A stretch of DNA of 64,000 bases, taken from Anthoceros angustus. Taxonomy: Eukaryota > Plantae > Anthocerotophyta. The stretch is taken from contig MU008188.1 of the NCBI GenBank assembly GCA_010909165.1, positions 372,001 through 436,000 on the forward strand, in the 5' to 3' direction. A program made the position numbers and the translations under genes. Positions within the stretch are counted from its first letter, which is position 1. Every line of letters starts with the position of its first letter. The notes beneath the pieces were generated by a model. It was not told where the DNA came from, made no database searches, and saw only the letters and a program-made list of their open reading frames with translations. Positions 1 to 14,600 of the stretch are shown here, piece after piece.

Positions 1-3000
1 GTTGTATGAGAAGGGAACAAACGTACTGGGCCACCATTTGCATGAGTGTTGCGGATGCTGCCTTGATCTGCGACACAGTCGTGCACAGATACATCCAAGT
101 TAGTTCTGGGCATCATAGCCGTCATCTTCACAACAGGCTATGCTATTCAACCTTACCGCCATAATGAGAAGACTTTGCAAAGCAAATCATCTGGTAGCGT
201 CAGGCTGTTGTATGCTATCAGACTGTGAATGCCACTGCTTGATAACGTGTTCCCAGACTTTGCCAATGAACTCAATACACCCACCAACTCCATGAACTCA
301 CAATTTGCTCCCCCCTGTGCTTCAGAATCTCTCTTTTTCATGAGACCACCCTGTTTGACATTTTTGATTTGGACGTGATGCGATGTACCCAACCTTACAG
401 CTACAGTTAACCAATTTTAAACATTATAGTTCGGTGTCACAGCGTTTGGGAAGTGGACTCAACATGCCAAAATCTAATATGCAAAACCAAGACCCTACCA
501 CAGCCAGAACCATACCTAACGCAGAGAAGTTGAAACAGGAGACAGCCAGCTGAAATCAAGAGGAAGCATCAACTGAGATAAGTGAAGACTGCTGCACCTT
601 CGGATGCATTCCAGCAAACATAGGAAGAACAGAGGTCTTGCAGGGACGCAGGTGTCCTGTGTGGAACTGCTTGTCCAAGCTCCAAAGCATGCAGAGTTAC
701 GCCAGCAGCCCTTCATAACACCAAAGATGACCATCAGACAAAATCGGCATGCTTCTTGAGAAACACTCAACCTGGAGGAACGTCACATTCTGCATTACTG
801 TTGCCAAATAAGATACACGGCAAGCTCAAAGTGTGGAAAGAAATGTACCTCTGTATGCTTTCAGCTGCAGTGCGTGGAGGTCCTGCTGATGTAGGATCAA
901 TACTTTGCCTGCCTCTAAATCCTGGCCCACGCAAAATCTGCACGCCTAGGGTGCTGCCCAATTGGCGTCTGGAACCGGGAGTCTGACCCACAGCTGGCTC
1001 ACAGCGGCTAGCAGCTGCCAGACAGACGAAGTTCTGCGGGGCAGCTGTCGCAGCTGCAGCATCCACATCAATCAAGTGGAACACTTCCCATCGGGTTGGG
1101 ACAGTGCGGACTGCCCGTACGCTCCCACAGGGCTCTACACTTAAAAAACGCCTGGCAAAGACACACCATGTTACTATCTTGCTCGACCACTCAGACTGGT
1201 TGGACCTACCAGAACACAGAAAAAGTTCAAAAGAAATCTTCAAGCAACATAGCTATCTGACCTTTTGCCACTGATTTTCCGTACAGTTTGAATAGTAAAA
1301 CCAGCAATGCTCCTATCCAAAACACTGCCTTCATGAAAGGCACAAGCTGCTCGCTTCAATACAGAGCTCGATACAGGTTTGATCTCAAACAAAGAAGTCA
1401 AGGCGGGAAAGTGCACAGCTGGTTCATTTGACTGCGCACAATGCAGGGGCAGTGGTGAACCATGCTATCAGCTAACAACGCGATCTGGGGATGCAAAGAC
1501 TTCCAGAACAACCATAGGCTTCCCCTAAAATGAAACAAGAAAAACCACAACACAATGGAATGAGCTTAACCTGTAATATACGGCCAGTTGAGTCTGCAAA
1601 CATGTAGACATCAGCTCCATCCTTTGGTGAGGGTACAGCTAGTAATGTATAAAGTGAGTCCCCATGATATCTTAATTGCCAAGCCCCAACATTTTCCACC
1701 TCTTTCCTAGTACGAGTAACGCAGGAACACAGCTTTCGCTTTGGAGCACTGTCATCCGAAGTGGGACCCCTCCCATTGACAGGAGAAGAGGTGTCTTCTT
1801 CAGGTGCATCGGGGTCCGCTGCCAGGCAGCCTCCCATTACACTTTTGATTAAAACTCTTGATCCACTTGCCAGCTCCAGATAAAACTGCTCTGATTTCTT
1901 TGAATGCAGGCCATTGCATAGCACTGTACCAGAGGGCTCAGTTGACATGTACCTTGGAAGCTCCGTCTGTGTTTGCCCTTCCCTTTGAAATGGATGAATG
2001 CTGACTTTGGGGACTCTTTCACAATGCTCCAACTGCAGGGTGAACATTTCCAACCCACGAACTTGATCTAGACGGGCCGTGCAAACCATCCCATCTGGTT
2101 CAGCGCTCAACTGAAACACAAAACAAGCTTTCAGGTTTAAGTTCCACTTCAAGCTATCACTTGATAGTAACAGGAGGCAAAAGTATCATGCAGATGTCAA
2201 AAGACTCACCACTCGGGACCCATCTGCAGTTCTGATAGTGCAAAAAGTAGGATGCGACAGATGACTATCATTACTGCCCAGATTCCTGGTTTTCTGCCCA
2301 TATTCCTTTATATTGTCCCTGGCTATTAGCAACACATCTTGGTTCGTCTCCAAGACAGTCTGTCTTGCATCATGCTGCCTGGAAGGCACAAGTGGTGGAA
2401 ATATCAAATCAAGAAGGAGTTCCTCACAGCAGCATGGAGCCTGCACACATTGAGGAAAGATCCACCGTAAGTATTAGACGAGAGAGCTTCCATGGGCGTA
2501 ACCCTGTAGAAAGTTTAAGGCTCTCTCAAGCCTGACTAATAGAGAGAAACTTGAATTCCAGAGTGACAGACACAAATGATGCGACATGGACTGGACATGC
2601 TTGAGACTTGCATGCAACTTGGCATACCTCAGCACGAGCACTGACAACAGGCATGCAAGCACACAAATATTTCCCATTGTGTGCCTTGAGAGTTACTCGA
2701 ACAGGACCTCGCACCGCCCTGCTGTGGAAAGAGAGATATTGACACAGACATCACAAAGGTGTGCAACTAGAAATTAAGGCAAAGTGCGAGGGTACTTGGA
2801 AGCAGGTTAAGGATGTACAGATTGCAGTCTGACAAAGGCCCTTCCATAGCCTCCTCTTGCAAACTGAAGCACTCCCATTTTCTGGCCGTCTTTGTGCCAC
2901 TCCAAAAGCGACCTTTGTCGTCAGTAGTGAGGTACCCATGACCATGTGCCCTAAATCTCACCCCTTCATCCAGAAGCACAGAGGAATATGATGGAGCGAA

Positions 3001-3516
3001 GGATAAGAGTGGCAGCAACTGTTGCATAATTTCCTCAACCCAAGTTCCCTCAAGTCAAAAGTGGAACAGAAACCTGCAAAGCTCAGGAAACACCATCCAA
3101 TGAGGATGGGCACTCATGCGGCAGCATTTCTCCTTACTTGCATTGTCATCCAACTCGAGACCAAATAGAAGATCCTCAGCTTGCAGCTCTATGGTGGCTT
3201 TGGCAACAGACAGCAGGTAACCCCGGCGGCACAGGAACCATCTTTCAACAGAAGATTGCGATGTCGAACCAGCCTGGTCTGTCAGGTCTGCCTGGCCTTG
3301 CCCTTCTCTGGGGAACAAAACCTCCAGCTTGTACAAGTTGGCGACCACGGGCCACAGGACGATGGCACAGCTGAGGCTTTCATCGTGCACGAAGGTGGCT
3401 GTGGAGTGCACATTCGGGGCAAGCGACAACCAGCGGTTGCACCAGGATCTGATTCTGCAAGCAGCAGTTGGCAGCGATTGTCGGGCGCGGGCAAATGAAG
3501 GGCCGCTCCTGGCCAT
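1..3516 (-). CDS. Multi-exon gene with several fascin-like (beta-trefoil) repeats and a possible F-box-like motif; continues past the left edge
   Basis: Minus-strand exons give repeated fascin-type motifs: RIRSWCNRWLSLAP, VRFRAHGHGYLTTDDKGRFWSGTKTARKWECFSL, VTLKAHNGKYLCA, LSAEPDGMVCTARLDQVRGLEMFTL, RYMSTEPSGTVLCNGLHSKKSEQFYL, VLIKSVMGGCLAADP, RFLSVEPCGSVRAVRTVPTRWEVFHL. LTLPDDLLCKVFSL at ~160-205 is followed by a GTAAG donor. Start ATG 3516 and exon borders are approximate. Confidence 0.6.
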
Positions 3517-3819
3517 CCGAGCGTGAAACAGGAATGGCACGGCGCAGCAGAGCGGACTCGGAAGGATCTATTCCAAGCTGCATTGAGTGATTGAGATGCT
3601 AATATCTACTCCTCTTCTTCACGTCATCGGAGCCCAACGCCCAACAAAAAAAGGAGGCGCAAAGGGACGAACCAAGCAGGCCCACCTTCCTTCCGGTATC
3701 AATCATCTCTCTAACAACATACTCGAGTTACACATCTTCTCTCTAAAGACATGTAGCTCGATACGGCACTCTCCATCAGCGCGGGAACCACGTCGCCGTG
3801 GGAAGGAAGCTCAGCCAGC

Positions 3820-4978
3820 ATGGCCCTCAGCTACAATCCTGTGGCGGATGCGCCTGCGCAGCCTGCCTCCTTCCTGCAGCCAGCCAAGGGTATGTCTCCT
3901 TTAGCCCGGGTCTCACAAATTTTCCGTGTTTTCTTGTGTTTTGTTTCTGACACATCGTGGCTGCGTTGCGTGCAGCTCTGGCCAAGTGCGATGGCAAAGA
4001 CATTGTGAAACGGGGACATCGGAAAACCAAGTTCTTGTTCGCCTTTTCAGGGCTGGTCACACCTGTAGGGAGCGGTCGAATCGGAGAGCTGGCGCAATTG
4101 GATTCCAAGAATCCTGTCCTTTACATCAACTTCCCTCAGGTTGCTGCTCTGCCGTGTCTTGCATTGCTCTTCTGGAGTTGAACTGTCATGTTGATCGGTT
4201 GATTGGTTGCGTCCTGCAGGGACGTTTGAAATTTTTTGGAACCATTGTGTACCCGAAGAACAAATATCTCACTCTGCATTTCCAGCGGGGAGCAGGCAAC
4301 ATTCTTTGTGAGGACTGTTTCGAGAGCTTGGTGAGAAGAGCTACTGGTTTATGCATTGCCGGTGTCTTTCTCTTCACCAGCGCTTGTGCCATTGAGATTT
4401 GAATTTGTAGGTTGTGTTTTCCACAGCTTGGTGGATTGGAACCAAGGATGAAAACCCGGACGAGAAGCAGCTTCAGATGCCGTTAAGTTTGAACAAGGTA
4501 TCTTATGCTGCTGATTATGGCTGCCTGGCCGTAACTGTGCCTGCCGCACCTCCGTCACTGCTGTACTTTTGCGCAACAGGAGCAGTGTCTTGCTGGAGGT
4601 GCTGGTCAATCAGCAGGCAATGAAGAAGCAACCCCCGCCGTCACAAACGGAGCTTCTGTTGTTAACATCAGCGGACCAATTGCGGATGACGACGGTACGG
4701 GTGATGTGAATCTTTCTTCGCCTCAGCAGCAGCCTCTGGATGACGATACTAACATGGATGCCGAGGACGATCCCTTAAAGTCTACCCCCCTACGGTTGTC
4801 GGCACGGACAGCCGGCAAAAAGCTCAAGTATGTAACATTGTCTTCGCTGCTGCTTTTCTCGGTTGTGAAGTATGTCGCCTGAGATTTCTGCGTTCTTGGT
4901 CGCAGTTATGTTGAAGTTTCTTCAGATGAGGAGGATTTATCAGACACTGGCGATGATATGGGCCTCAGTCTTTCCTAG
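3820..4978 (+). CDS. RHL1: DNA-binding protein RHL1 (topoisomerase VI complex component), multi-exon
   Basis: Spliced peptide KCDGKDIVKRGHRKTKFLFAFSGLVTPV...LDSKNPVLYINFPQ/GRLKFFGTIVYPKNKYLTLHFQRG..ILCEDCFESL/VFSTAWWIGTKDENP matches the RHL1 family. Acidic C-terminus, TAG at 4976-4978. The true start may lie slightly upstream. Confidence 0.9.
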
Positions 4979-5239
4979 TCAAAGAGGAGAGAATGGAATA
5001 CAATGCAGGTCTGCAAAAGTAGGCTTATTCTAAAGCCGGGGCAGATAATTCTTCAATCGACGAGATTGTTCACTTCGCAATTTACTTTGTACTGCACTAG
5101 TTGTGATTCAACAGCGCACAGATGGCGAAAGGGAGTCCCCAATCTGGTGATCAACTTATGTACAATTTGAGACTGACAAACTGCTAAACTTCCCACTGAA
5201 GGCAGGTGTACCCATACGCTATACCCTCATTTCAGTCTT

Positions 5240-6789
<1,550 letters not shown>

Positions 6790-6938
6790 GGAATATGAGA
6801 GGTCGGCAGCTTCCAGCGGTAGCGGAACCAAAAAGTAGTAGTTTTGTTTCCTCTCTCTGGAGCCTACAATGCAAAGAAGAGGCAGGGACGGAAAAAGCGA
6901 GGCTCACGGTTAGAGCGGAGGTGCAAAGGGAGCGGGCC

Positions 6939-7652
6939 ATGGCACTGCTTCTCCCCGCGCTGCTGGTGCCAGTGCCGGGCGGCGGAATCCGAGGAGCGGG
7001 CCGAGAGCAGGGTTCCGCAGGCTTACGTGCGGCAAGGACGTTGCGCAGCAGCATTAGCGGTTGCAGGCCTCGAGAGTGCAAGTATCCGGGATCCGGCTTG
7101 GGCTTGGCATCCGGCTTCGGCTTAGGCTTAGGCTGTCGCCAGGTGGTGAGCAGGAGCAAGAGCAGGAGGCAGGCAGGACGGGATGGGTCAGTGGCGGCTG
7201 TGGAACGGCTGGTGGCAGCGTCGGGGTACCTGCTGCCGCTGCTGGACGGGGTGCAGTTCGGGCGCTTCCTCTTCCTGCAATTCCCGGAATCCCAGCTTCT
7301 GCTACAGCCGCTCTTCCCGCTGCTGCAGCTCTACAGCAGCTTCCCCTACTCCAACCTCATCGCCTTCTTCACCCTGTACCTGGCAGTGGTGAGGAACCCC
7401 AGCTTCAGCCGGTACGTGCGCTTCAACAGCATGCAAGCTGTGGTGCTGGACGTGCTGCTCATCCTGCCGTCCGTGGTGGAGCGCACCTTCCAACCCCGCG
7501 GAGGCCTCGGATTCCAGGTCCTGGTGATCCTGGACAACACCGTCTTCCTCTTCCTCGTGGCCTGCTTCCTCTTCGGGGTCTCCTCCTGCATTCTGGGCAA
7601 GACCCCAAGGCTGCCCATTGTGGCAGACGCTGCTGATGCACAGGTGTACTAG
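6939..7652 (+). CDS. TIC20: TIC20-family chloroplast inner-envelope import protein, intronless
   Basis: Ala/Arg/Gly-rich transit-peptide-like N-terminus, then ERLVAASGYLLPLLDG, VVRNPSFSRYVRFNSMQAVVLDVLL, GKTPRLPIVADAADAQV. An in-frame upstream ATG exists at 6795. Confidence 0.92.
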   Translation: MALLLPALLVPVPGGGIRGAGREQGSAGLRAARTLRSSISGCRPRECKYPGSGLGLASGFGLGLGCRQVVSRSKSRRQAGRDGSVAAVERLVAASGYLLPLLDGVQFGRFLFLQFPESQLLLQPLFPLLQLYSSFPYSNLIAFFTLYLAVVRNPSFSRYVRFNSMQAVVLDVLLILPSVVERTFQPRGGLGFQVLVILDNTVFLFLVACFLFGVSSCILGKTPRLPIVADAADAQVY

Positions 7653-7767
7653 GTGGTAGAAGAAAGGCAGCCTTTTGCACTTCTACTACCACCACGTTGT
7701 TTTATAAAGATGGTGAGAGAGACATAGATTGCTGCAAGGCAGCACGCTTGACGACAATCTGAGTTTC

Positions 7768-9326
7768 TCATCGAGGCTTTCTGGATTGAGGAGCAGGAGG
7801 AACCACGATGGGAGCCCGGGGAACGGGCTGCCCATCCTGCCGCCACCTCCAGTCTCCCTCGGGGGACATGATAAAATACTTAGGGCTCCACTCCTCACTG
7901 TCCGCTGCCTCCATTTTCTTCCGGCGCTGCCGTTGCTGCTCTTCCACGCTGTTCTTCGCCTCTCTGGCCTTGTCCCAATCCCGCTTCAGGATGCCGTCAG
8001 TGAGCGAGGCCCAGACTACAATGGATTCCGTCGGAGACAGCTCCTGCAGCATCATCGTCACCATGAGCGTCTCGACATGACAAGAAGCCTAAAACAAAGC
8101 AAGGGAACGTGAAAAAAAAATCGTCACCTTCTCGTCCTCGAAAGCAGGTGCTGGCAAGCCGGACAGAGCTCTGCTACCGTCATAGAAGACGCTGGCTTTT
8201 CCTGTGCGCTTGTCTTCAATGGACACAATCCTGCACCCGACGACGTGTGAGAGCAGCAAGGCGAGTGTCCAAGGGGTAGCAAAAGCAAGCAAGGCAGCAG
8301 CGAGCGAGCCAGCGAGCCAGCGAAACATACTTGTCCCACTTGCCGTTGAGCTCGAACAGAGTTTGGCCAGTGCGGGTGTCCCAGACCTTGCCTTGCACCC
8401 GGTTGTAAGCTCCAAGCAGGCCGAACAAACCCCTGGCTCGGCAGCTCACGGTGGCCTCGAACCCGGACTGCGCACAGGATACAGTGGTTTGGCCAACCCA
8501 TTCCGCGCCCGGCCAGGGAAAGAAGCGGAAGTTGAGATTGGGAGCACTCAATTCGTACTTTTCTTGCTTCTGCCGCAACACCAAAAGACGGGGTCCCACT
8601 ATTGTTACCTCCATGTTGCTTCCTACACGCACAGGTACCGAAGCCCATCAGGATTGATGCTTGGCCTGCACGGTGGATGCAAGTTACAAGGCGGCATGGA
8701 TCCAGAGTCCCGACCATAAAACCGAGGCTCCGGTCGCTGCCACCACGAAAGCTCAATTTCCCGCTCCTCATTGGTGGCGTGCAGGGCGGTGACAGGCGGA
8801 TGGTGAGACACCTGTTGCCACTCGTGGATTCGGCATAAAAACGGGTCAGCACGATGGCACGATTGAACTTGCCTCTTCACGCAAATGCATCACCGTGCTG
8901 GAAGACATAGCGCAGTTTCGAGTTTAGGAACCGAAAAACCATAAGCACCTGCTCAAGCAGGACATTGAGATCACCGGCGGTGACGTGGTGCGTTTCTCCC
9001 AACACAGGATTGTAAGGAGCTCTGAGGAAAACCGGAGGCCTGATGGTGGAAATGTGCCATCGCACAACGGCTAGAAACCGATCCAAAGCAGTGGGGGCCT
9101 GCGCGCACTGGGCCAGAAGGTCGTGAGAGTAGCAGTACACTGACTCTCCGTACAACTGTAGCTGCGATTTGGGAAGATTGAGCTGCGCAGGAATTCGGAA
9201 GGAGGAAAGATCGGCCCCCGGTCGCACGCCCTTCAACAAGTCTAGCACCCGCTTCAGGAGGTTGTCTCCTTCGACTTTGATCGGATCTAGCCCCAAGGGC
9301 GGTGTAATCCTCGGCACTGCCGTCAT
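7768..9326 (-). CDS. Oxysterol-binding protein-related protein, short ORP4 type
   Basis: PYNPVLGETH, the OSBP signature LLEQ/VSHHPP, FELNGKWD, DWDKAREAKNSVEEQQR. No PH domain seen. Confidence 0.9.
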
Positions 9327-11682
9327 AACGCCCTCACTGATTGACTGACTGAGAGGGGAGGGGAGGAGAGGAGAGGAGAGATGAGGAGAGTAGCATATGT
9401 AGAGGAGCCAGCATTCTTCACTCTCACGCCCGCCCAGGTGACCCGGGCCGGACACCAGCTAGAACTGCACCGTGTGCCAGGTGGTGCTAATGAAACTGCT
9501 GTTGCGATGCTTCTACGTAGCCTTATGTATTTCCTCTGCTGTATCTCCAGCCCAATCCAATAGCCGCCACATGTCCCAAAGGACTGGCTACTTGTACACT
9601 GCTGGGCGATGGAAACGGGCTAGGAAACTCACCGTTTGTCCGCAACCGTGGAAGGCTGAATTGCTGAATTCCCAGGTTTAACACACCTGTACATGTATAC
9701 CCTCGGGCATGGAATAATCTCCATATCTAACAACATCAATCTCCATGTATCCATATGGATTCGTGGTTCTCCCTTATTCTTAAAGCAGGCACTTGCTCGC
9801 CTACTTGGCCCAGGCGTGCCAAGTTCTTGTTAATTACAAAGGCACGAGTTAGATATGCGTTAATCAATCATAAATTTATAATAAAGATATAGAATGAGAA
9901 CGTGCACTCTCCATTTCTCAAATTGGTCTACATTGTTGTTCCCCAAACTATTACGGGGCACGGCATCCGCATATTATCGTTGCAACGTTGTTGGGCGCTG
10001 CTTGCGAAAAGGAGGTCATGCTCGTTGCAAAACGACTGTAATGTTTTACAGAAACAACTCATAATGCAGATGACCTAGACGAATGGTACCTACTACAGTA
10101 AACCGCTAGTACAGTGGTATGGTATACGGAATGTGCACCGTCCGCTATTTGAGTTTGACATTTTTTACTCTCTCTCTACGGTTTTGGGCGCAGCTGATTT
10201 GGGCCGAAGGTGCACTTGAGCGGTTTGGCCTTTTAGAAAAGTTTATGCTGCAGCTTTGGGGTTTTGTTTTCGGATGTAGTTCCAGAAAAGCCTTGTCCAT
10301 ATGGTACATGTATTGGTTTAGGGTTTTCACATCGGGAGCCACGTGTCCACATGGTGCGTATGCTGGTTTAGGGTTTTCACATGTGATTCCCGATGTTTCA
10401 AAGTACATGGGTGCTCCACAATGGATAGTAGACCTCCCTACCTTGTCTAGGGAAAGAATCCGGTTCTTATATCCAGCCGATCCCCCCTGATGTGCGAATT
10501 CCAGAATTCCGGATTCTGCCTCTGGTGCGAATCTTTGAAAGAACCCTGCCTCGAAAGGACGGGGTTCTTATGTCCCACTGACCTCGCCTCTTGAGCGGAT
10601 TCCGGAATTTTGCCCTAACGTTTTTAGGGCGAGTGAAGGCGTGTCCGACACATATCGAGGGTCCCGCTATGGCGGGAACTCGTCATTCCTCCACCTAAGA
10701 TATATTCAAGAATCCGAGCAGGACCAGAATCAAATTGATGAAATAGAATGAGAGAAAATGATTGAACGCCCAGAATGTGGCGTGATTTGCTAGAGGAAAT
10801 CTCCAGCCCGTAGGTACGTTACATGACAAGAAGGGGTCTTCAAAACTAGCTTTGTACTCAACTCCGACAAACAAAATATTGGACGGTGTCACCTTTCCTC
10901 CTTACGCACTGCAATTACGACCGACGACAATGGTTACATCTTTAGGTTGATACGCCTAAAGATTCGACAAATTGATACATTCGACAAATTCTGGACATAC
11001 AAATACTGTACACCGGCAACCACAAGGCCCACCCGTAGCTCAAATTGATTCATAACGTACCTCCATAAAAAGCCACGACCAAACGTAATGACACTTCTTT
11101 TAATCCCAAACAACATACACGTCATCTGTGACATCATAGACATCAAAGCAGACAGCTAAATGAGTAGTGCGGGACAGGCAGGACAGGGAGATACAATCTG
11201 AGACAAAGCTAGAAACTATGTGAGACCAGTTACCCAACAGTTTAAAAAGGACATGGAGCCACGTACAGGAAAAAACGTTGTCCACCCACAAGAAGCTCCG
11301 TCCAAAAGGTGGTCTCTCGTCACCCTATCCAGGATGCCGACAACCGCGCCTATCCCGAGACGCCCCAGCTGCGACAGAGACACCAACCCAGTTCAGACAA
11401 GTTCCACATGAGCGACTCATTACTGCAAATGCAGGTCCCCATAAATGGAGCACACTAATAAGCCGTTCAGTCACAAATATCTCCCTGATACACAGCCTTC
11501 AGTTGTTCAAATCAAGCTCAATCCTAGGTCGCCTATCTTCTATCACAACACTACTGATGAATATAGAATTGACAACAGAAATATCTGCTTTACCTGGAAC
11601 TCCTAACCTCTCATAATGACAGCATGCTAGCACATGCTCTTTGGTAACAAACGTGCGCACCAAAGGGCCAAGGAGACCAATC

Positions 11683-14600
11683 TCACCCATAGAGGGCAAG
11701 CACTGCATCTATGGTGCGATTGCATATTGGACACTGATGCCGGATTCGATGCATCTCCTCAGCACAGCCCTTGCACATTCGGTGCCCACATGGAATGAGG
11801 GCAGCATCTTTCGGCAAGTCAAAGCAGATACAACAAGATTCCTCCAGGGAAGCTGCTATCAGTGCTTCTTCGGCAGGTGATTTGTCTTCGAAGTTCGGTT
11901 CATACAGTGAAGGCATCACCCCACAATAATCTGGATCCATTTCAAAAGGAACAGCTTCGTAAACATCACAGTGCTTGCTGTCAGCGAAAAACCCCGGTTC
12001 CAAGAAAGCTGTTGGGAACTGGCCTACAGAATCAGATAGAAGCTGTTGCAAAGAGGCGTCAGTTGCCAGTATTGATTCAGCCCCGGACACACTGTCACTG
12101 ACATCAGGTTGATGGCTATCCAGATACGGAAAACTCCGCTGAGTGGTGCTTGCAGGCAGAAAAGGTTGAGCATGGACATTAAGCATAGGTGCAGGTGCTG
12201 GAATTGCAGGAGGAAAGAAAGGTTCAGCAGGGAAAGTGTTTTTGGAAGGAGGCACCTCAGCAAGAATTGATGAGGTTGGGAATTCGCCCAGAGACGCACT
12301 GAATAGTGTGGAGGATGATGACACCAGAGTGTCAGACGACAGAAATGAAGCCAGAGCAGATGCAAAAGGTCCAACAGTATCTGAGGAGGGGCTTCCATCC
12401 TGACCTTGCAAATCCCATGATTGCCCGTCCTTCATAAATCCGTTCCTGTAACTTGACAGCTTTGGAGAGGCCCAGGAGGATGCATAGAGTAGGGACAACG
12501 GAAGAAGCCCGGAGTCCGGAGATTCAACCTCAGCACCAAAATCACCATCTATACTAACAGGTACAGGTGGGTCACAGCCATATGGCAGACGGGATTCAGG
12601 GAACAGTTGAGGAGTTATTGGATCATGAGATGTGGGAGAAGGCACACCCCTTCCTGCAGATCGGGGAGGCATGATTACTGACCGAGATGACGGTCCAACT
12701 GGTAAAACGGAGGAGCGGGATCTAAAGGGGGTAGGCAGTAAAGGGGGCATCTCAGGAGGTCCTGAAAACGGAGGTGCTCGGCCTTCTGCAGAGAGATGAT
12801 AATCATGCACATCTGCAGATCTAAACCCTCTGCTGCGTCCAGGTCCTAATTGAGTAGTATCTCCACCTGACACTTGTTGACGTTGAGCTATTCCTTTCTG
12901 TCGCCTCACTCTGCTGCTCTTCTCTCTTCTGCCCCTGGGGTGTATGTGACTGGATGCACTGCGTCCAGGATCACAAGTGTCTTTCTCCTTCCGCCGTTTT
13001 CCTTTGGAGACATTTGTCCAGCTTTTTTGATCCATCACATCAAGGTCAGCAACCTGGTCAATAATCCCCTCCACCCTAACAACATTCTCAGCTTCCTCGA
13101 GGAAAAACCGACCTGAAGGTCCCTTTTCTGCCTCGTTCTCCTCACCATGGATTTCAAGCTGGTCCGAGAATCTGCGGCTGCACTCTGAGGATGCATCCAC
13201 CTTAACATGTCCAGTTCGATCATCTTTGCTACGCAGCAAACTTCGAGCTGTAGCAAGCTCCTCCTGGAAGATGTTCGCAAACCTGGGTACAGCTTCAAGA
13301 GCTCCTATGGCAGCACTTAGACGGACGCTTTCCCCATCCACCATAGCAGCAAGAAGTTCTTCCTGTAATAGAGCACCCTTCTCAATACGCTTCAGCCTCT
13401 TTGCAAGAGCAGCTTTGACTTTCTTCACGAGACGCTCATCTACCGCACATCCCACATAGGAACAAGCTTGAAGAGCAGATTGCATCTTATCAACATCTCC
13501 AGAGGACATCGACTCACGAAGTGCATCATTCAAAATGTTCTCTTGCTCCTTCACTCCATGTGACTCAGGCAGAGTTTGGGATCCTGCTGTGCAGCTGTCA
13601 TGGCAAGAGCTGGGGCTGTGCACATGATCGTTTCCAACCTCAGGTACACTTACAACAATGAACTCCTGAATTGTAAGAGCTTCTGCTGGTTCAGGTTCCG
13701 CAGTAAGGGCCTCTTCCTTCCCTGTATCCGGAGCCTCCCCTGAGTTTTTTGCGTTATCACCTGTGGCTCGAGTATCCAAATCCAAAGTAAAACGTGTTAC
13801 ACCATCTGGAACATCGTCCACATTTGGTTGCAAAGAGGGTGTCTTCTTACCCTGCTCTGGCATTGCACTTACACACCCACTGCTGTCACCTGCACAAGAG
13901 GAATGGTTGTCATGAACCATCTCATTCGTCCAAGCTTCCATCTCTGAGTCCCTTGTTGCTTCCGATTGTAGAGAAGTGTGCAAGTTACTGGCATGCCCCT
14001 CTCCTACACCTGCTTTCTCACATATTGTCATCTGAAGCTCTACGGGAGGAGAAACAACAATAGCAGCTTTGACTTTCCGGGCCCCCTTCGCCTTGGCTTT
14101 TTCGCGAGCTCTCCTCCTCACTTGAAGTTGGGCTTGGTCTTTTAAGAACTGAACAGCTTTCACTTGCTCTGCTTTTTCCGCAAACCAAAGTGCAGTGCGA
14201 CCATTTTGGTCAGCCTTCTGCAAATCCACCCCTCTGCCGGCAAGTGCCTCCAGGCACAACGTATCCCCTGCCTCTGCAGCAAGATGTGGCAAAGACTTGC
14301 CATCCTCATGGCTCCCAATCCTGAACAGTCCAGGTTCAGACGATTGTGATGCCGACTCCCTAGTTGAAATACATATGACCAAACAAGCACAGTAGACAAA
14401 CCGTAGTTTAAGTTGGTACACACCTGAAAACACCTAGTCTGCCAAGGGCTAATCTTGCAGGTGAGCAGACTTCTGGACGCGCTTTATCCTTTCTCTCATC
14501 CCGAAGATGAAGGGTTGCAAGGCTCTCCAATTTGGACAGAGAAACTGCCAGAGCCTGGTTCATCATGTGATACAAGTCAGCAACATTTCTCTCTTTTGTC

